Source: an uncultured Chloroflexia bacterium (lineage in GTDB: Bacteria; Chloroflexota; Limnocylindria; Limnocylindrales; CSP1-4). Taken from it: a stretch of DNA of 64,000 nt. The notes below the pieces were generated by a model. That model did no database searches. It saw only the letters and a list, made by a program, of their open reading frames with translations, and was not told the origin of the DNA. The position numbers and the translations under genes were made by a program. Within the stretch, counting starts at the first letter, position 1. Each line of letters opens with the position of its first letter. The stretch is from contig CAVVYR010000008.1 of the NCBI GenBank assembly GCA_963752475.1, forward strand, positions 224,001 to 288,000, in the 5' to 3' direction. Positions 40,620-50,928 of this stretch are shown piece by piece.

Positions 40620-43210
40620 CGACTTGCGATCGACTGCCACTGCCTGGCCACGGCCTTGAGGCGCCCGCCACCGCGGATCCCGTTCATGGTCCCGTAGGTG
40701 TCGGTACGCTCGTCGGTCCAGCGCACCAGCGCCGTGCCCACGTCGGAGACATAGCAGAGGACCTTCCCGTGGGCCCAGGTGCCGATGCCGGCTCGGCCGT
40801 CGAGGCATGCCCCCTCTCGTTCCTTTGCCGCCGAGGAAGCCGCGCGCGCGCGCCGCTTCCAGTAGGCCTCCATGTCCTCTCCGTTCGTGAAGCGGAAGAG
40901 GACGACGTAGTCGACCGCGCGATGGAGGTCCCGCTCCAACCTGTCGAAGAGCACACCCGTGCGGGCACCCGCCTCGAAGGGATCGAAGGCCACGCCCGCC
41001 GGGCTCTGTCGATAGCGCTTCCAGCTGGCGCTGGGGATGGTGTCGGCCAGCTGCCACTCGATGTCGACCTTGGACGGTCTGGGCGTGGGTCCAGGCGCGC
41101 CTGATGCCCCCTCTCCAGCAGCCGGGAAGAGCGTCTCCTGCCAAGCCGGTCGCTGCGGCACCTCTCCGGTCGCGAGCATCTTGCGCCAACGCTCGTCGGT
41201 CAGACGCTCCGGCGTGGGCCAGGGGAACTCGTAGTAGGAGTACACGCCGCCGAGGGCCACGCGCCAGTCGTCCTCCTTGAAGCCGGGCACGATGACGAAG
41301 ATGCGATCGACGTAGCCAGTGCCGACCTCGAGCACCTCATCGGTCCCCTTGGTGGCGTCCAGACCGCGCATGATGTCGGCGATGATGGCGGCGTCCTCGT
41401 CGAGGTTGGGCTCCCACTTGTCCTTGCCCTTGTCGCCGCTGCTGACCCACAGGCTCTCGAGCTCGTAGTGGATGTACTCGAGCCAGTCGTTGTCACTATC
41501 GGACAGGCGCTCCCCGGCGAGCTCTCCGGTCGCGATGCGTGACAACCGGGCGGCGAACTCGATGTACTCGTCCAGCATCTCTCGCTGCGCCTTCGGCAGC
41601 AACTCCCGGGCAACCAGGCCGTCTCGCGTCAGCCTGGCCATCGCGGCCAGGCGCGCGAAGGGCACCGGATCGGGCTCCACCCAGTGGCGCACGGGCTCTG
41701 GCATGACCCCGCCACCGGTATCGCCGAAGGCCTGCTTGGTGTAAAGGATGGTGTCGTGCTTGAGTTCGGCGTAGGAGCCGAAGCCCGTCTGCTGAGACTT
41801 GGTACGCCACCCATCAGAGCGCATGAAGTCCGGGAAGGCCTCGCCGCGTGGCAGCCACATGGGCTCCACCGCCGCGAGCCAGGCGTCGTACACGGTCTGG
41901 CCCCAGGCCTCGCGGGGACGAGACGCTACCGCCGATCGCATCGCTGCCATCTGCTCGGGGTAGTTGGCCTTGGCCGTCTCGCCAGCTTCGTCCTGGATGG
42001 CCAGCGCGAAGTCCGAGCCGAAGGCGGCCGCCAAGTCCAGTGGTGAACCCAGCACGCGCGGATCGAACAACGTGCCCACGTTCGGACTGACGAGCTGGTC
42101 GAGGATCCACGAGTCGATCACGAACCGGGTGCCCATCAGCCGTACCGATGGTCGCTCCGGATCGATGCGCACGGGACGCTCGGACAAGAGCGCGTCGGCG
42201 ACCGCGCGGATGGTCTCGTCGTTGACCACCGGACTTGGGTCGGTCCAGCCGGCAGACACCACGGCTTCCACGGCATCACGGAGCTCGAAGGGCGTGTAGT
42301 CGTCGGAGACGCCGACGAGGAAGGCCGTGGGCTCGAAGACCTGCTGCCACCGCGGCTCGAGCTCGGCGTGGCCGACAAGGGTCCGAGCGGCCAGGATGGC
42401 ACGACGGAGCCCTGCGGTCTCGCCCTGGACGGCGCCGTCGGGATCGCGTGCACCAGGCAGCTGGAAGGCGTGCTGGCCCAGCACGGACATGGCCCCGAAG
42501 TAGCGCCGCAGGTCCGCGTTGCGCGTGTAGTGGCCACGCGGCGCGAAGGCCGAGTAGTCGGTCAGGGTCTCCAGCACCGGCGACTTGACCGAGGCACTGT
42601 GGTCGTTGATGAGGGCCACCTCCGCCTGTGCCCGCTCGCTCAGGTCGTCGACCGGCAGGCCGAGTACGGAAGCCGTGACGCTCAGCAGGTCGTAGACCCG
42701 GGCTGCGTCGTCCGCCAGAGGCGTGCCGGCCAACTCCCCCTGCTGGGCCATGGCGTTCTGGCGCATACCTACCACCAACTGCTCCAGCGTGGGCAGCAAC
42801 CGACGCTGCTCGACCTCACGCAGGAGCTTGTCGAAGACGAGGTGCCAGGTGTGATACGCCGCGTCGGTGGTGACGAATGCCGGCGTCCCGAGTGCCGCCC
42901 AACCTGGATAGGCGTCGTGGAAGAGCCGGTGGCGACTGGGAACGATGACGAAGCCCTGCTCCGCGAGCCGCTGACGACCCTCAGGCGTCAGGTGCTCGCG
43001 CACCGCCGGGCCGACGTGGACACCCTTGAGCGATGTCGGCGTCGAGGGTCCGGTGTAGGCAGGTGCGTCCTCGAGCAATGGCACCAGTTCGTACCCTCCG
43101 AAGTCAGCAGCTTCGGCCTCTGGGGCTTCCGTGGCGGCGACCACGCCGCTCGACGCAAGCAGCGCCGTCCCCAGGATGAGAGCGGCCCACTTCGACCGTG
43201 ATCCACGCAT
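40616..43210 (-). CDS. Secreted DUF3160-family protein with an extra C-terminal domain
   Basis: FVTTD, PRGHYT, ELKHDTILYTKQ, GGVYSYYEF and RLTDERW; signal peptide at MRGSRS. Confidence 0.85.
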   Translation of the reverse strand: MRGSRSKWAALILGTALLASSGVVAATEAPEAEAADFGGYELVPLLEDAPAYTGPSTPTSLKGVHVGPAVREHLTPEGRQRLAEQGFVIVPSRHRLFHDAYPGWAALGTPAFVTTDAAYHTWHLVFDKLLREVEQRRLLPTLEQLVVGMRQNAMAQQGELAGTPLADDAARVYDLLSVTASVLGLPVDDLSERAQAEVALINDHSASVKSPVLETLTDYSAFAPRGHYTRNADLRRYFGAMSVLGQHAFQLPGARDPDGAVQGETAGLRRAILAARTLVGHAELEPRWQQVFEPTAFLVGVSDDYTPFELRDAVEAVVSAGWTDPSPVVNDETIRAVADALLSERPVRIDPERPSVRLMGTRFVIDSWILDQLVSPNVGTLFDPRVLGSPLDLAAAFGSDFALAIQDEAGETAKANYPEQMAAMRSAVASRPREAWGQTVYDAWLAAVEPMWLPRGEAFPDFMRSDGWRTKSQQTGFGSYAELKHDTILYTKQAFGDTGGGVMPEPVRHWVEPDPVPFARLAAMARLTRDGLVARELLPKAQREMLDEYIEFAARLSRIATGELAGERLSDSDNDWLEYIHYELESLWVSSGDKGKDKWEPNLDEDAAIIADIMRGLDATKGTDEVLEVGTGYVDRIFVIVPGFKEDDWRVALGGVYSYYEFPWPTPERLTDERWRKMLATGEVPQRPAWQETLFPAAGEGASGAPGPTPRPSKVDIEWQLADTIPSASWKRYRQSPAGVAFDPFEAGARTGVLFDRLERDLHRAVDYVVLFRFTNGEDMEAYWKRRARAASSAAKEREGACLDGRAGIGTWAHGKVLCYVSDVGTALVRWTDERTDTYGTMNGIRGGGRLKAVARQWQSIASR

Positions 43211-43710
43211 GACTTCCCCCTTGTCCACGTGTCCGTCCGCGCTGCGACGCGGTCCCTCTCCACGGTAGTGAGCGAGTGTCCCCCCGGCAAGTCCGGATCG
43301 CGCTCTGGGCCTCTTCCCACGAAGACCGACCTGGATCGACCGCGACCGGCCCGTTGCATGCATGCACCCTCGCAAAGTCGGGTGGTAGTGAGCGAGAGGG
43401 CATGGATCGGAAACTCGTGCTTCGTGCACAAAGAGGGATCAGGAGGTGTTCGAAGTGCTGGCTCTTGAGGAGCCACGACCGTCAGTAGCGCGTCGCTGTG
43501 GGCATCCTCGACGGTGTTGGCACCGTCGAGTGGCACGGGCGCGACCTCGTCGTCAGCGGATACGGCGGGGAGTGGGAATGGCTGTCCTCGGCTGAGACCT
43601 GGGATCCTGGAGAGTTAGGCTTTCACACAGGCAGGCACGCTGGAGCAGAGCCGCACCGAGCACACCTCGGCGGAGCTGGACGATGGACGGTGGACTCCCG
43701 TCGCTCCCGC

Positions 43711-43870
43711 CGACCCTAGTCACGCTCGTAGCCACCTCCAGGAGTCCAGAGCAGCCAGTGGCTGCAAGTTCCGAGCGTGCCGGGGCATAGCAGGTGGGCC
43801 TGGAGGCGACGGAGGACGATGATCCGGCCAGCGAGGTCGGGCTACGGTCGACCCGGGCGACAGGTGTCTA
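43711..43870 (-). repeat. Dispersed 160-bp intergenic element, copy 2 (inverted relative to copy 1)
   Basis: Reverse complement aligns without gaps to 6998-7157. Confidence 0.75.
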
Positions 43871-43968
43871 CGTGGAGCAGCAAGAGTGGTCGTTACCGTC
43901 GGCCCGGGCGACATCGGACGGCAAGGACTGGCCGGCGTCGACGCTCCACTGACCCCGGAACGACTGAG

Positions 43969-45450
43969 TCAGTCGGCCACGTCGTCTTCGCTGGTCTCCT
44001 GGGCGTGCAGGGGCGCGTCGCTAACTCCGGCTGAGCCATCCGTCGGCTCACTCGCATCGGCATCGGCATCGGCGGCCGTCTCGTCGACAGCGTCGACCTC
44101 GGAGCCCTCTTGTTCGTCGGGTTCCGCGGGCTCAGGCGTGAGCTCCTCGGTCGGCTGCTCTTCGGGCTCCGCGGGCCCCTCGGGCTCCGTGGGCTCCCCG
44201 GTCGGCTGCTCTTCGGGTTCCACGGTCGGCTCTTCCTTGGGCTTGGCTGGCTTGTCCGGCTTGTCGGGCTTGTCGGGCTTGTCGGGCTTGGGAAGATCGC
44301 CGGTGAGATAGGGCGTGATGAGCTGGCGTACGGCACCGGTGAGCTTGCGCGCGAAGGTACCGGTGAGGTGCGACTTGTCGCGCCAGATGAGCGTGTTGCC
44401 CTGGACCAGCGGGCACGGGTCGTAGGGGCAGATCTTGTAGTAGAGCGAACCGAAGTACTGGCCCGTGGCCGCGACACCCTTGCGTTGACCGACCTCCACC
44501 TCACGCTTGTCGGGCGAGAGCCGGCGTGCCTGGCAGCGAGACATGTCATCGCTGTTCCCTCGCAGGCAGTCGACCGGCTGGCCCGCGTTCTGGGGCACGT
44601 CACCGAGCACCATCAGCTTGGTCTTCCGGGGCAACTGGCGGACGAGCTTCTTGATGCCCTTCTCCCACAGCCCCGGCACCCGGAACGGCGCGATGCCCGT
44701 GCCGTTGACCCGCTGCGTGCGATAGCTCTTGCTGGCGGTGATGACCAGCAGGTCCGGCGGGTTCCTGTTGATCTCCGCGATGGCCTTCTCGCGCCAGGCT
44801 CGGCAGCTGCGGCCCTGATCGACTTCGTACTGTCCGCGCGGGATCATGCCCGGAACCGGCAGGCAGCTGCCCTTGATCATGGTCGTGAGACGCCAGCCGT
44901 CGGCCTTGGCAGCACGCTGGAATGGGTCCACCAGGACGCCGGCATGCGAGTCGCCCATGAGCACGACCCGGCCGAGCTTCCCGATGGGCCCGAAGCCGCA
45001 GATCAGGAGGGTCGACGAACCGAGGTCCGAGTTGCAGCCGGCGGCGACATCCCCGTAGTCCTTGGGAGCGGTCGCGAGGCTGGGTCGAACGTTCGCGGGC
45101 ACCGGCCGCTGATCCTGCTCGAGCGCGTTGCTGCGGCCGTCCCCATCGTGGTCCTCTCCGCCGTCGCGCTTGCCGTCGCCGTCGGTGTCGGGCTTGCCGG
45201 GATCCGTTCCGAAGCGCTGCTCGCCGAGGTTGCTGAGGCGATCCCAATCGTTGTCCTCGGCCGAGTCGATGACCCCGTCACGGTCGGAGTCGGCCCACTT
45301 GGGCGAGGTCACGCCGTACTTGCGCTCGAAGGCATCGCGCAGCCCGTCCCCGTCCTGGTCGGCAGCGAGGGCCGTCGTGGGCATGAGCAGGGCAAGCGCC
45401 AGCGCCAGGCCCGTGAGTAGGCGGCTGGTCGTGGACTCGAGCGGCTTCAG
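43969..45450 (-). CDS. Secreted SGNH-hydrolase-domain protein with N-terminal DxDxDG (TSP3-like) Ca-binding repeats
   Basis: GDSHA and DKSH motifs; DQDGDG, DSDRDG and DTDGDG repeats. The signal peptide extends upstream of the annotated ATG at 45384, so the start is uncertain. Confidence 0.8.
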   Translation of the reverse strand: MKPLESTTSRLLTGLALALALLMPTTALAADQDGDGLRDAFERKYGVTSPKWADSDRDGVIDSAEDNDWDRLSNLGEQRFGTDPGKPDTDGDGKRDGGEDHDGDGRSNALEQDQRPVPANVRPSLATAPKDYGDVAAGCNSDLGSSTLLICGFGPIGKLGRVVLMGDSHAGVLVDPFQRAAKADGWRLTTMIKGSCLPVPGMIPRGQYEVDQGRSCRAWREKAIAEINRNPPDLLVITASKSYRTQRVNGTGIAPFRVPGLWEKGIKKLVRQLPRKTKLMVLGDVPQNAGQPVDCLRGNSDDMSRCQARRLSPDKREVEVGQRKGVAATGQYFGSLYYKICPYDPCPLVQGNTLIWRDKSHLTGTFARKLTGAVRQLITPYLTGDLPKPDKPDKPDKPDKPAKPKEEPTVEPEEQPTGEPTEPEGPAEPEEQPTEELTPEPAEPDEQEGSEVDAVDETAADADADASEPTDGSAGVSDAPLHAQETSEDDVAD

Positions 45451-45528
45451 CGATCCATTCCCTGCGTGGCGTCGACCGCCATGCTACCGCCGAGCTGCGA
45501 ACGCCGGCGGCACACGAGCCCCGACGAA

Positions 45529-45562
45529 GATGGAAGCGCTGGCGGCTTCCGGGGGTTCTTAT
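45529..45562 (+). promoter_or_regulatory. Putative ECF-type autoregulatory promoter
   Basis: GATGGAAG...CGGGGGTTCTTAT upstream of the ECF sigma gene; resembles the promoter at 17477-17508. Confidence 0.4.
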
Positions 45563-45609
45563 CATCAAGGAGGTGCCGATCCGGGCACCCGCGCGCTAAA
45601 GGGGGAGGC

Positions 45610-46161
45610 GTGGACCAGCAGCTCATCGTCCAGGCAAAGGGAGGGGACGAACGAGCATTCGCGGACCTGACGTCGGAGATCGGCGCCAGGCTCGATCGAG
45701 TCGCCTACGGCATCCTGCGCGACCGCGACATGGCAGAGGACGCCATGCAGGCCGCGCTGGTTCAGATCTGGCGCAAGCTGCCGACGCTGCGCGATCCGGA
45801 CCGCTTCGAGGCCTGGTCATACAAGCTGCTCGTCCACGCCTGCTACGCGGAGGCCAAGCGGTCGAGGCGGACGATCGGAGGGCTGGTCGACGAAGTCCCC
45901 GGCCGTGATGACCTCGGCGTGGTGCTCGATCGCGACCAGCTGGAGCGCGCCTTCCGTCGGCTCACGCTCGAGCAGCGGACGGTGCTCGTCCTGCGCCACT
46001 ACCTGGACCTGGCACCCGAGACCGTAGCGGCGTCACTTGGCATCCCGGTCGGCACGGTGCACTCGCGGGTGCATCGCGCACTCGACGCCATGCGCGCATC
46101 GCTGGAGGCCGACGCGCGTTCGGTGCTGGCGATCACGAACAACGATGGAGGCGCCCGATGA
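45610..46161 (+). CDS. ECF sigma-70 factor (copy A)
   Basis: GDERAF, AEDAMQ..IWRK, FEAW, LGIPVGTVHSR; GTG start with GGGAGG RBS. Confidence 0.92.
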   Translation: MDQQLIVQAKGGDERAFADLTSEIGARLDRVAYGILRDRDMAEDAMQAALVQIWRKLPTLRDPDRFEAWSYKLLVHACYAEAKRSRRTIGGLVDEVPGRDDLGVVLDRDQLERAFRRLTLEQRTVLVLRHYLDLAPETVAASLGIPVGTVHSRVHRALDAMRASLEADARSVLAITNNDGGAR

Positions 46162-47278
46162 AGGAGCGGCACGACCTCGAGCCGATCGTCCACGACTGGC
46201 TCCACCACACGCTGGACACGATCCCCGACCCGACGCACCGGTACGGGCTCGTCGCGTCCGAGGTCAACGAGACGCCCCAGCAGCGCACATGGCTACCAGT
46301 GCCACTCCCGGTGCAGCACACGATGTGGTCGACGGCCAAGGCCATCGTCGCCATCTCCATCGTGGCCCTGTTCGGTGGCCTCCTCCTCGTGGGGGCCCTG
46401 ACCACGCGGCAGGTCGACGAGGTCCTCCCGGCGACGGTGCCCGAGGGGCAGGCATTCCCGACCGGGGCATTCAGTCCGAGGAGGACGGGGTCATGTTGGA
46501 CTTCCGGCCGGACGGAACGTGCGTGCGGGCAGGGGTGCCTTGCACCTTCGGGGTCAACGGGAAGTACTTCTCCGAGACGACGTTCGAGGATCCGTCGGGT
46601 GCACAGGTACCAGCGACCTACAACTGGAGCTTCGATGGTGAGCAGCTCACCTTCGAGCGGTGGGGCATCGACAAGCGTCCGGACCGCCAGAGCGTCTACG
46701 CGGACCACGTCTACACCCCGGTCGGCGAGACGCAGCCCCTGCCTGCCATCAAGACCGGGTTCCCGACTGGCGAGTTCGACGCGATCGATGACAGCAGCAC
46801 ATCGCTGAGCTTCCGTGAGGGCGGCCGGTGGCAGTCCGGCAGTCCCGCCGGTGGCGCGTCCGGGGCCTATGTCGTCAGCGACGATCTGTACACGGAGATA
46901 ACGCACAGCGACACGACCAGCGCGCGGATACCGGCGACGTATCGCTGGCTCTGGGACGGCAAGCGCCTCAGCTTCACCCCCTGGGGAGAGGATGCGAATG
47001 CGTGGCGGAAGTCCGCCTACCTTGGCCACGTCTACGTCGAGGCCGAGAAGCCGGCAGGGCCGATGCGGCGCCTCCTCCTCAGCGATCCTCGCCTCGACGT
47101 CTGGGTCACGGTCGAGATCAACGAGCTCCCTGCAGGAGGCTATGAGGCGCTCGCCACCGTCGATGACGAGCCGTTCGGAGAAGGCGTCGGCGACACGCAG
47201 CAGGAAGCCGTGGAGGCCGCACTCGAGCCCCTGGGCGAGCCCTACGCGAGCGACATGGCAGACAACGTGACGGGGTAG
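46158..47278 (+). CDS. Anti-sigma-like TM protein with two extracellular repeat domains (copy A); 1-bp deletion at ~46472
   Basis: ATGA-coupled to the sigma gene. ORFs 46158..46808 and 46037..47278 join into a full paralog of 50925..52118. Confidence 0.8.
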
Positions 47279-47401
47279 CAGAGGAGGGAGCCCTCGCGGC
47301 CGTCCGAGGCGGAGCCACGTGGCGTGCCATCGGACCCTTGACCCGGACCGTCGGGCGGCGACGATGGCGATGTATCGACCATCCCACCGGGGAGACGAAC
47401 C

Positions 47402-48196
47402 GTGCCCTACGCTGACCATCTCCGAGGCCTCTTCCCGACGCTCGAGCTCAGAGTGGCCGACCTCTTCGCACTCGAGGCCCACCAGATCGCCGAGCTCCCC
47501 ACGCGAGCGCCGGACAAGGAGCTGGCCGAGGTACTCCACGCCCATCCGGACATGCGCAGCTTCCTGGAGGTGCGCCACCCACCCATCGCCGACCACCTGA
47601 CGCGCGTGCTCGCCGAACACCCATCGGCCGAAGCCGCCGACCTCGAGACGTCCGAGCAGACACTGCTGTGGGAGATCGGTGACCTGCTCGTCTATGACAC
47701 GGCCCCCGAGCTGTTCGATGCGCTCCCGATGAACGACTGGGACTTCGGAGCTGTCACCGCCCTGGTGGACTTGGATGGCAAGACGGTGATCGACGCTGGT
47801 GCCGGCAGCGGCAAGGTCGCGTTCGGCGCGGTCAGCGTGGCCCGGCATGTCTACGCGGTCGAGCCGGTCGCACGACTGCGCGTGTACATGCGCGACAAGG
47901 CCGCCGCCGGCAACACCAACCTGTATGTGCTCGACGGGACACTCGATGCCATCCCGCTGGCGACCGATACGGCCGATGTGCTCCTGACCTGTCGTGCGAT
48001 CGGCTGGCGCCTGGAGGAGGAGCTGGTCGAGATCGAGCGCGTGGTACGGGCCGGAGGTGTCGCGCTCCACCTGGGGCTCCCGCACCCACCCTCGGACGAC
48101 GATCCACGCCATCGGCGTCTGACCGAGGCCGGCTATGCCGTCGTGACCTACACCGAAGGGCAGGAGCAGCGAACGGCGTATCGGAAGCAGCTCTAG
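47402..48196 (+). CDS. Class I SAM-dependent methyltransferase
   Basis: Motif I VIDAGAGSG, YAVEP and ADVLL..RVVRAGG. Confidence 0.88.
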   Translation: MPYADHLRGLFPTLELRVADLFALEAHQIAELPTRAPDKELAEVLHAHPDMRSFLEVRHPPIADHLTRVLAEHPSAEAADLETSEQTLLWEIGDLLVYDTAPELFDALPMNDWDFGAVTALVDLDGKTVIDAGAGSGKVAFGAVSVARHVYAVEPVARLRVYMRDKAAAGNTNLYVLDGTLDAIPLATDTADVLLTCRAIGWRLEEELVEIERVVRAGGVALHLGLPHPPSDDDPRHRRLTEAGYAVVTYTEGQEQRTAYRKQL

Positions 48197-48440
48197 CAAG
48201 GACAGGCTCTGCCCACAGCGCTGAACGGGTCGCCCGTGCCTGCGGTCGTGCCAAGCTCCTCGCTCGCCGGATCCGGGGTCGCGTACACCATCACAGGCGG
48301 ATGCGCAATATGAAGAATGACCTAGGTAGTGATTGATTGGCTGCTGCTGCGCCTGCCCGCTGCAGTGAACCTCGTCCCAGACACCGTGCAGGTGTTGCCC
48401 TGTCAGAGACGTCATCGGTTCAGACGATTGGAGACCCTCC

Positions 48441-48740
48441 ATGCTGCCCCCACGCTACGACGATGAGAAGGCCATCGGATCCGCCGAGTCCCGTCACCGT
48501 GAACGCCACCTCAGCCATGCCCGTGCACTCAGGGATCGAGACCGTCTGGACGGCATCGTGAGCCGGATCGTGGGGCGGTTGGCGTCGCTCCGCACAGCCC
48601 TCACCAGGCGGGGCGCCCTCGCCTACGACGAGCACGAGCTGACCGACTACGTCTGCCGGCTCGAGGACGGCTCGATGGGTCGGGTTGCCATTCGCGAATC
48701 CGATGGTGAATGGATCGGTGTCTGCGTGAAGGTCGGCTAG
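48441..48740 (+). CDS. Small hypothetical protein
   Basis: GGAGA RBS and coding-like bias; YVCRLEDGSMGRVAI..VC. Confidence 0.6.
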   Translation: MLPPRYDDEKAIGSAESRHRERHLSHARALRDRDRLDGIVSRIVGRLASLRTALTRRGALAYDEHELTDYVCRLEDGSMGRVAIRESDGEWIGVCVKVG

Positions 48741-48744
48741 CCTC

Positions 48745-48969
48745 CTCGACCAGGTCCTCGTGGCCTGCGAGACCGACGAGTTGACCGCGGCGACGATGCG
48801 GCGCGTGCAGGAGTTGCGAGAGTGCTGGGCCGGCGGCTCGGTGTGGCACGACCGCACCGTCATCAGGGTGAGCATCAGCTCATGGATGACGACCGGGGAG
48901 GACATCACGCGCTCGGTCGACTCGTTCGCGGCGGCACTGGCCGACGTGCATGCCTCGCCTGGTCGATAG
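48745..48969 (+). pseudogene. C-terminal remnant of a PLP-dependent (aromatic-amino-acid-type) decarboxylase
   Basis: DQVLV..RVQ...CWAGGSVWHDRTVIRVSISSWMTTGEDITRS with no upstream part of the gene. Confidence 0.7.
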
Positions 48970-48979
48970 CGCGCGGCCC

Positions 48980-49831
48980 TCAGTCGGTCAGTCGCTCGGC
49001 CATGAAGGCTCGGGCATGGCGCGCGAGGTCCATGCCGTCCTGCCAGTGCTCGCGCCAGATGCCGAGCGTGTTCGAGAGCGAGGACGAGACGACCTTCGAC
49101 GAGAAGGACTCGAAGACGATGGGCCCGTCGTAGCCGAGCTCCCGCAGCGTGGCGAAGAACGTGTCGAAGTCGACCGTGCCGGTGCCCAGGTAGCCGCGAT
49201 GACTCTCACTGATGTGCACGTAGCCGAGACGGTCGCCAGCGGCCAGCACCGGCACCCGGTAGTCCTCCTCCTCGATGTTCATCTGGTAGGTGTCGAGATG
49301 GACGACCACGTTCGGCTCACCGATGTCGTCGATCATGCGCAGGGCCTGCTCGGCGGTGTTGATGAGGTTGCTGTCGTAGCGGTTCACGACCTCGATGCCA
49401 AGGGTGATGTCGGACTTGGCCGCCCGCTGGGCGAGCACCCGAAGCTCGGTGGCGCAGTGCTCCCAGCCAAGGGCAGTGGGCGGGCGGTCGTACTTGCCCA
49501 ACGCGGCGGCGATGACACCGCAGAGATAGGGTGAGCCAAGGTCCCGTGCGACCGATAGCGCGTCGTCCAGCAGGCGAGCGCCGCGGGCCACGATCTCAGG
49601 GTCATCGCTGGAGATGTCGGCATCGAAGGCAAGGCCGAGCGAGCAGGTCGCCTTGATGCCGACGTCCTCGAGGACCCGGGCCGTGTCCGCCACATCGATG
49701 GTGCTGGGGTCCAGCACCGGGATCTCGATGAGGTCGTAGCCGGCCTCCTTCGTGGACTCGATGGCCGTCCGGCACTCGGCCGGGCTCCAGCCGCCGACCC
49801 ACACGAGCGCGTGTAGTCCTAGATCGTTCAT
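48980..49831 (-). CDS. Sugar epimerase, D-psicose/D-tagatose 3-epimerase-like
   Basis: EVVNRY, HLDTYQMNIEE, HISESHRG..GTG and FESFS. Confidence 0.88.
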   Translation of the reverse strand: MNDLGLHALVWVGGWSPAECRTAIESTKEAGYDLIEIPVLDPSTIDVADTARVLEDVGIKATCSLGLAFDADISSDDPEIVARGARLLDDALSVARDLGSPYLCGVIAAALGKYDRPPTALGWEHCATELRVLAQRAAKSDITLGIEVVNRYDSNLINTAEQALRMIDDIGEPNVVVHLDTYQMNIEEEDYRVPVLAAGDRLGYVHISESHRGYLGTGTVDFDTFFATLRELGYDGPIVFESFSSKVVSSSLSNTLGIWREHWQDGMDLARHARAFMAERLTD

Positions 49832-49940
49832 CGTCAGAACCCCCTCGCTACGTCCGAGACCAGCGTACGTCACTCAGCGCGAGGGTCGCTTCACGACCTC
49901 GACCGTGGTCGGGATCGACCTGGCCTGCTCACGGTCCGCG

Positions 49941-50225
49941 ATCGGGCCCTTGACGCCGGACGTCGAGCACCGACGATGGTGGGACGTCGACCATCTCGCC
50001 TCGGGGCCGAGCAATGCCGTACGCCGAACACCTCCGAGCGCTCTTCCCCACACTCGAGCTCGTGGACCTCGACGGCAGGTCCTTGATCGATACCGGTGCC
50101 GGTGCCGGCAAGGTCGCGTTCGGGGCGGTCCCACAGGCTGAGCATGTCTTCGCGGTCACGTCGCCGAGACATACGTCGAAGGGCAGGAACCGCGACGGTC
50201 ACACCTGAAGCGCCTCTAGGAAGGA
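49941..50225 (+). pseudogene. Internally deleted copy of the 47402 methyltransferase, promoter region included
   Basis: Retains the upstream TTGAC/GACGAT region, MPYAEHLRALFPTLEL, motif I (IDTGAGAGKVAFGAV) and an out-of-frame C-terminus (TYVEGQE..KRL*). Confidence 0.85.
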
Positions 50226-50373
50226 GCACACATCACCTGGCCCGCCCAACCGATGGTTCGTCCGACACTTGCAGGGACGAGATTCGGGTTGGAGACCCTC
50301 TTACCCTGTAGAGGACCGGAACAGGCTCGGTCCTCACGGCGGTCCGCACGATCGTCGACAAGGGATTGGGGCG

Positions 50374-50928
50374 ATGGACCAGGAGCTCGTGGTCAAGGCG
50401 AAACAGGGTGATCAGCATGCGTTCGTAGCGCTGACCGCCACTGACTACCCCCGGCTGTTCCGGCTGGCCTTCGGAATCCTCCGAGACCACCAGGCGGCCG
50501 AGGACGCCACCCAGCAGGCCTACCTCGATATCTGGCGCAGCATCCGCCGACTGCGAGAGCCCGCGAAGTTCGAGGGTTGGTCCTACCGAGTGCTCGTCCA
50601 CGCGTGCTACGCCGAGGCCAAGCGAAGGCCAAGGTGGATCCCCCAGACGGAGATCCCGGTCGTGGGCGATCCGCGGGCGGCCCATGACTTCGCGGCGGTC
50701 CTCGACCGCGACGAGCTGGAGCGAGGCTTCCGGCACCTGACCGTCGACCACCGGGTCGTCATCGTCATGCACTACCTGCTCGATATGACGCTGCCCCAGG
50801 TGGCCGAGGTCCTCGACATCCCGCTGGGCACCGTCAGCTCCCGGCTGGACCGCGCCATGAAGTCGATGCGCGCCGCACTCGGCGTCGGGCCACAGGCGCA
50901 GCAGGTCCCCCGGGTGGCCATGCGATGA
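50374..50928 (+). CDS. ECF sigma-70 factor (copy B)
   Basis: MDQELVVKAKQGDQHAF, AEDATQ, FEGWSY and DIPLGTVSSR; paralog of copy A. Confidence 0.92.
   Translation: MDQELVVKAKQGDQHAFVALTATDYPRLFRLAFGILRDHQAAEDATQQAYLDIWRSIRRLREPAKFEGWSYRVLVHACYAEAKRRPRWIPQTEIPVVGDPRAAHDFAAVLDRDELERGFRHLTVDHRVVIVMHYLLDMTLPQVAEVLDIPLGTVSSRLDRAMKSMRAALGVGPQAQQVPRVAMR

Noticed and set aside
43498-43719. Short plus-strand ORF in the boundary region
   Set aside because: No RBS or recognisable motif; it may be a fragment but cannot be supported.
46133-48442. 769-aa minus-strand ORF (also 50772..52256 and 52777..54696)
   Set aside because: These overlap well-supported genes in other frames or strands and lack any recognisable domain.
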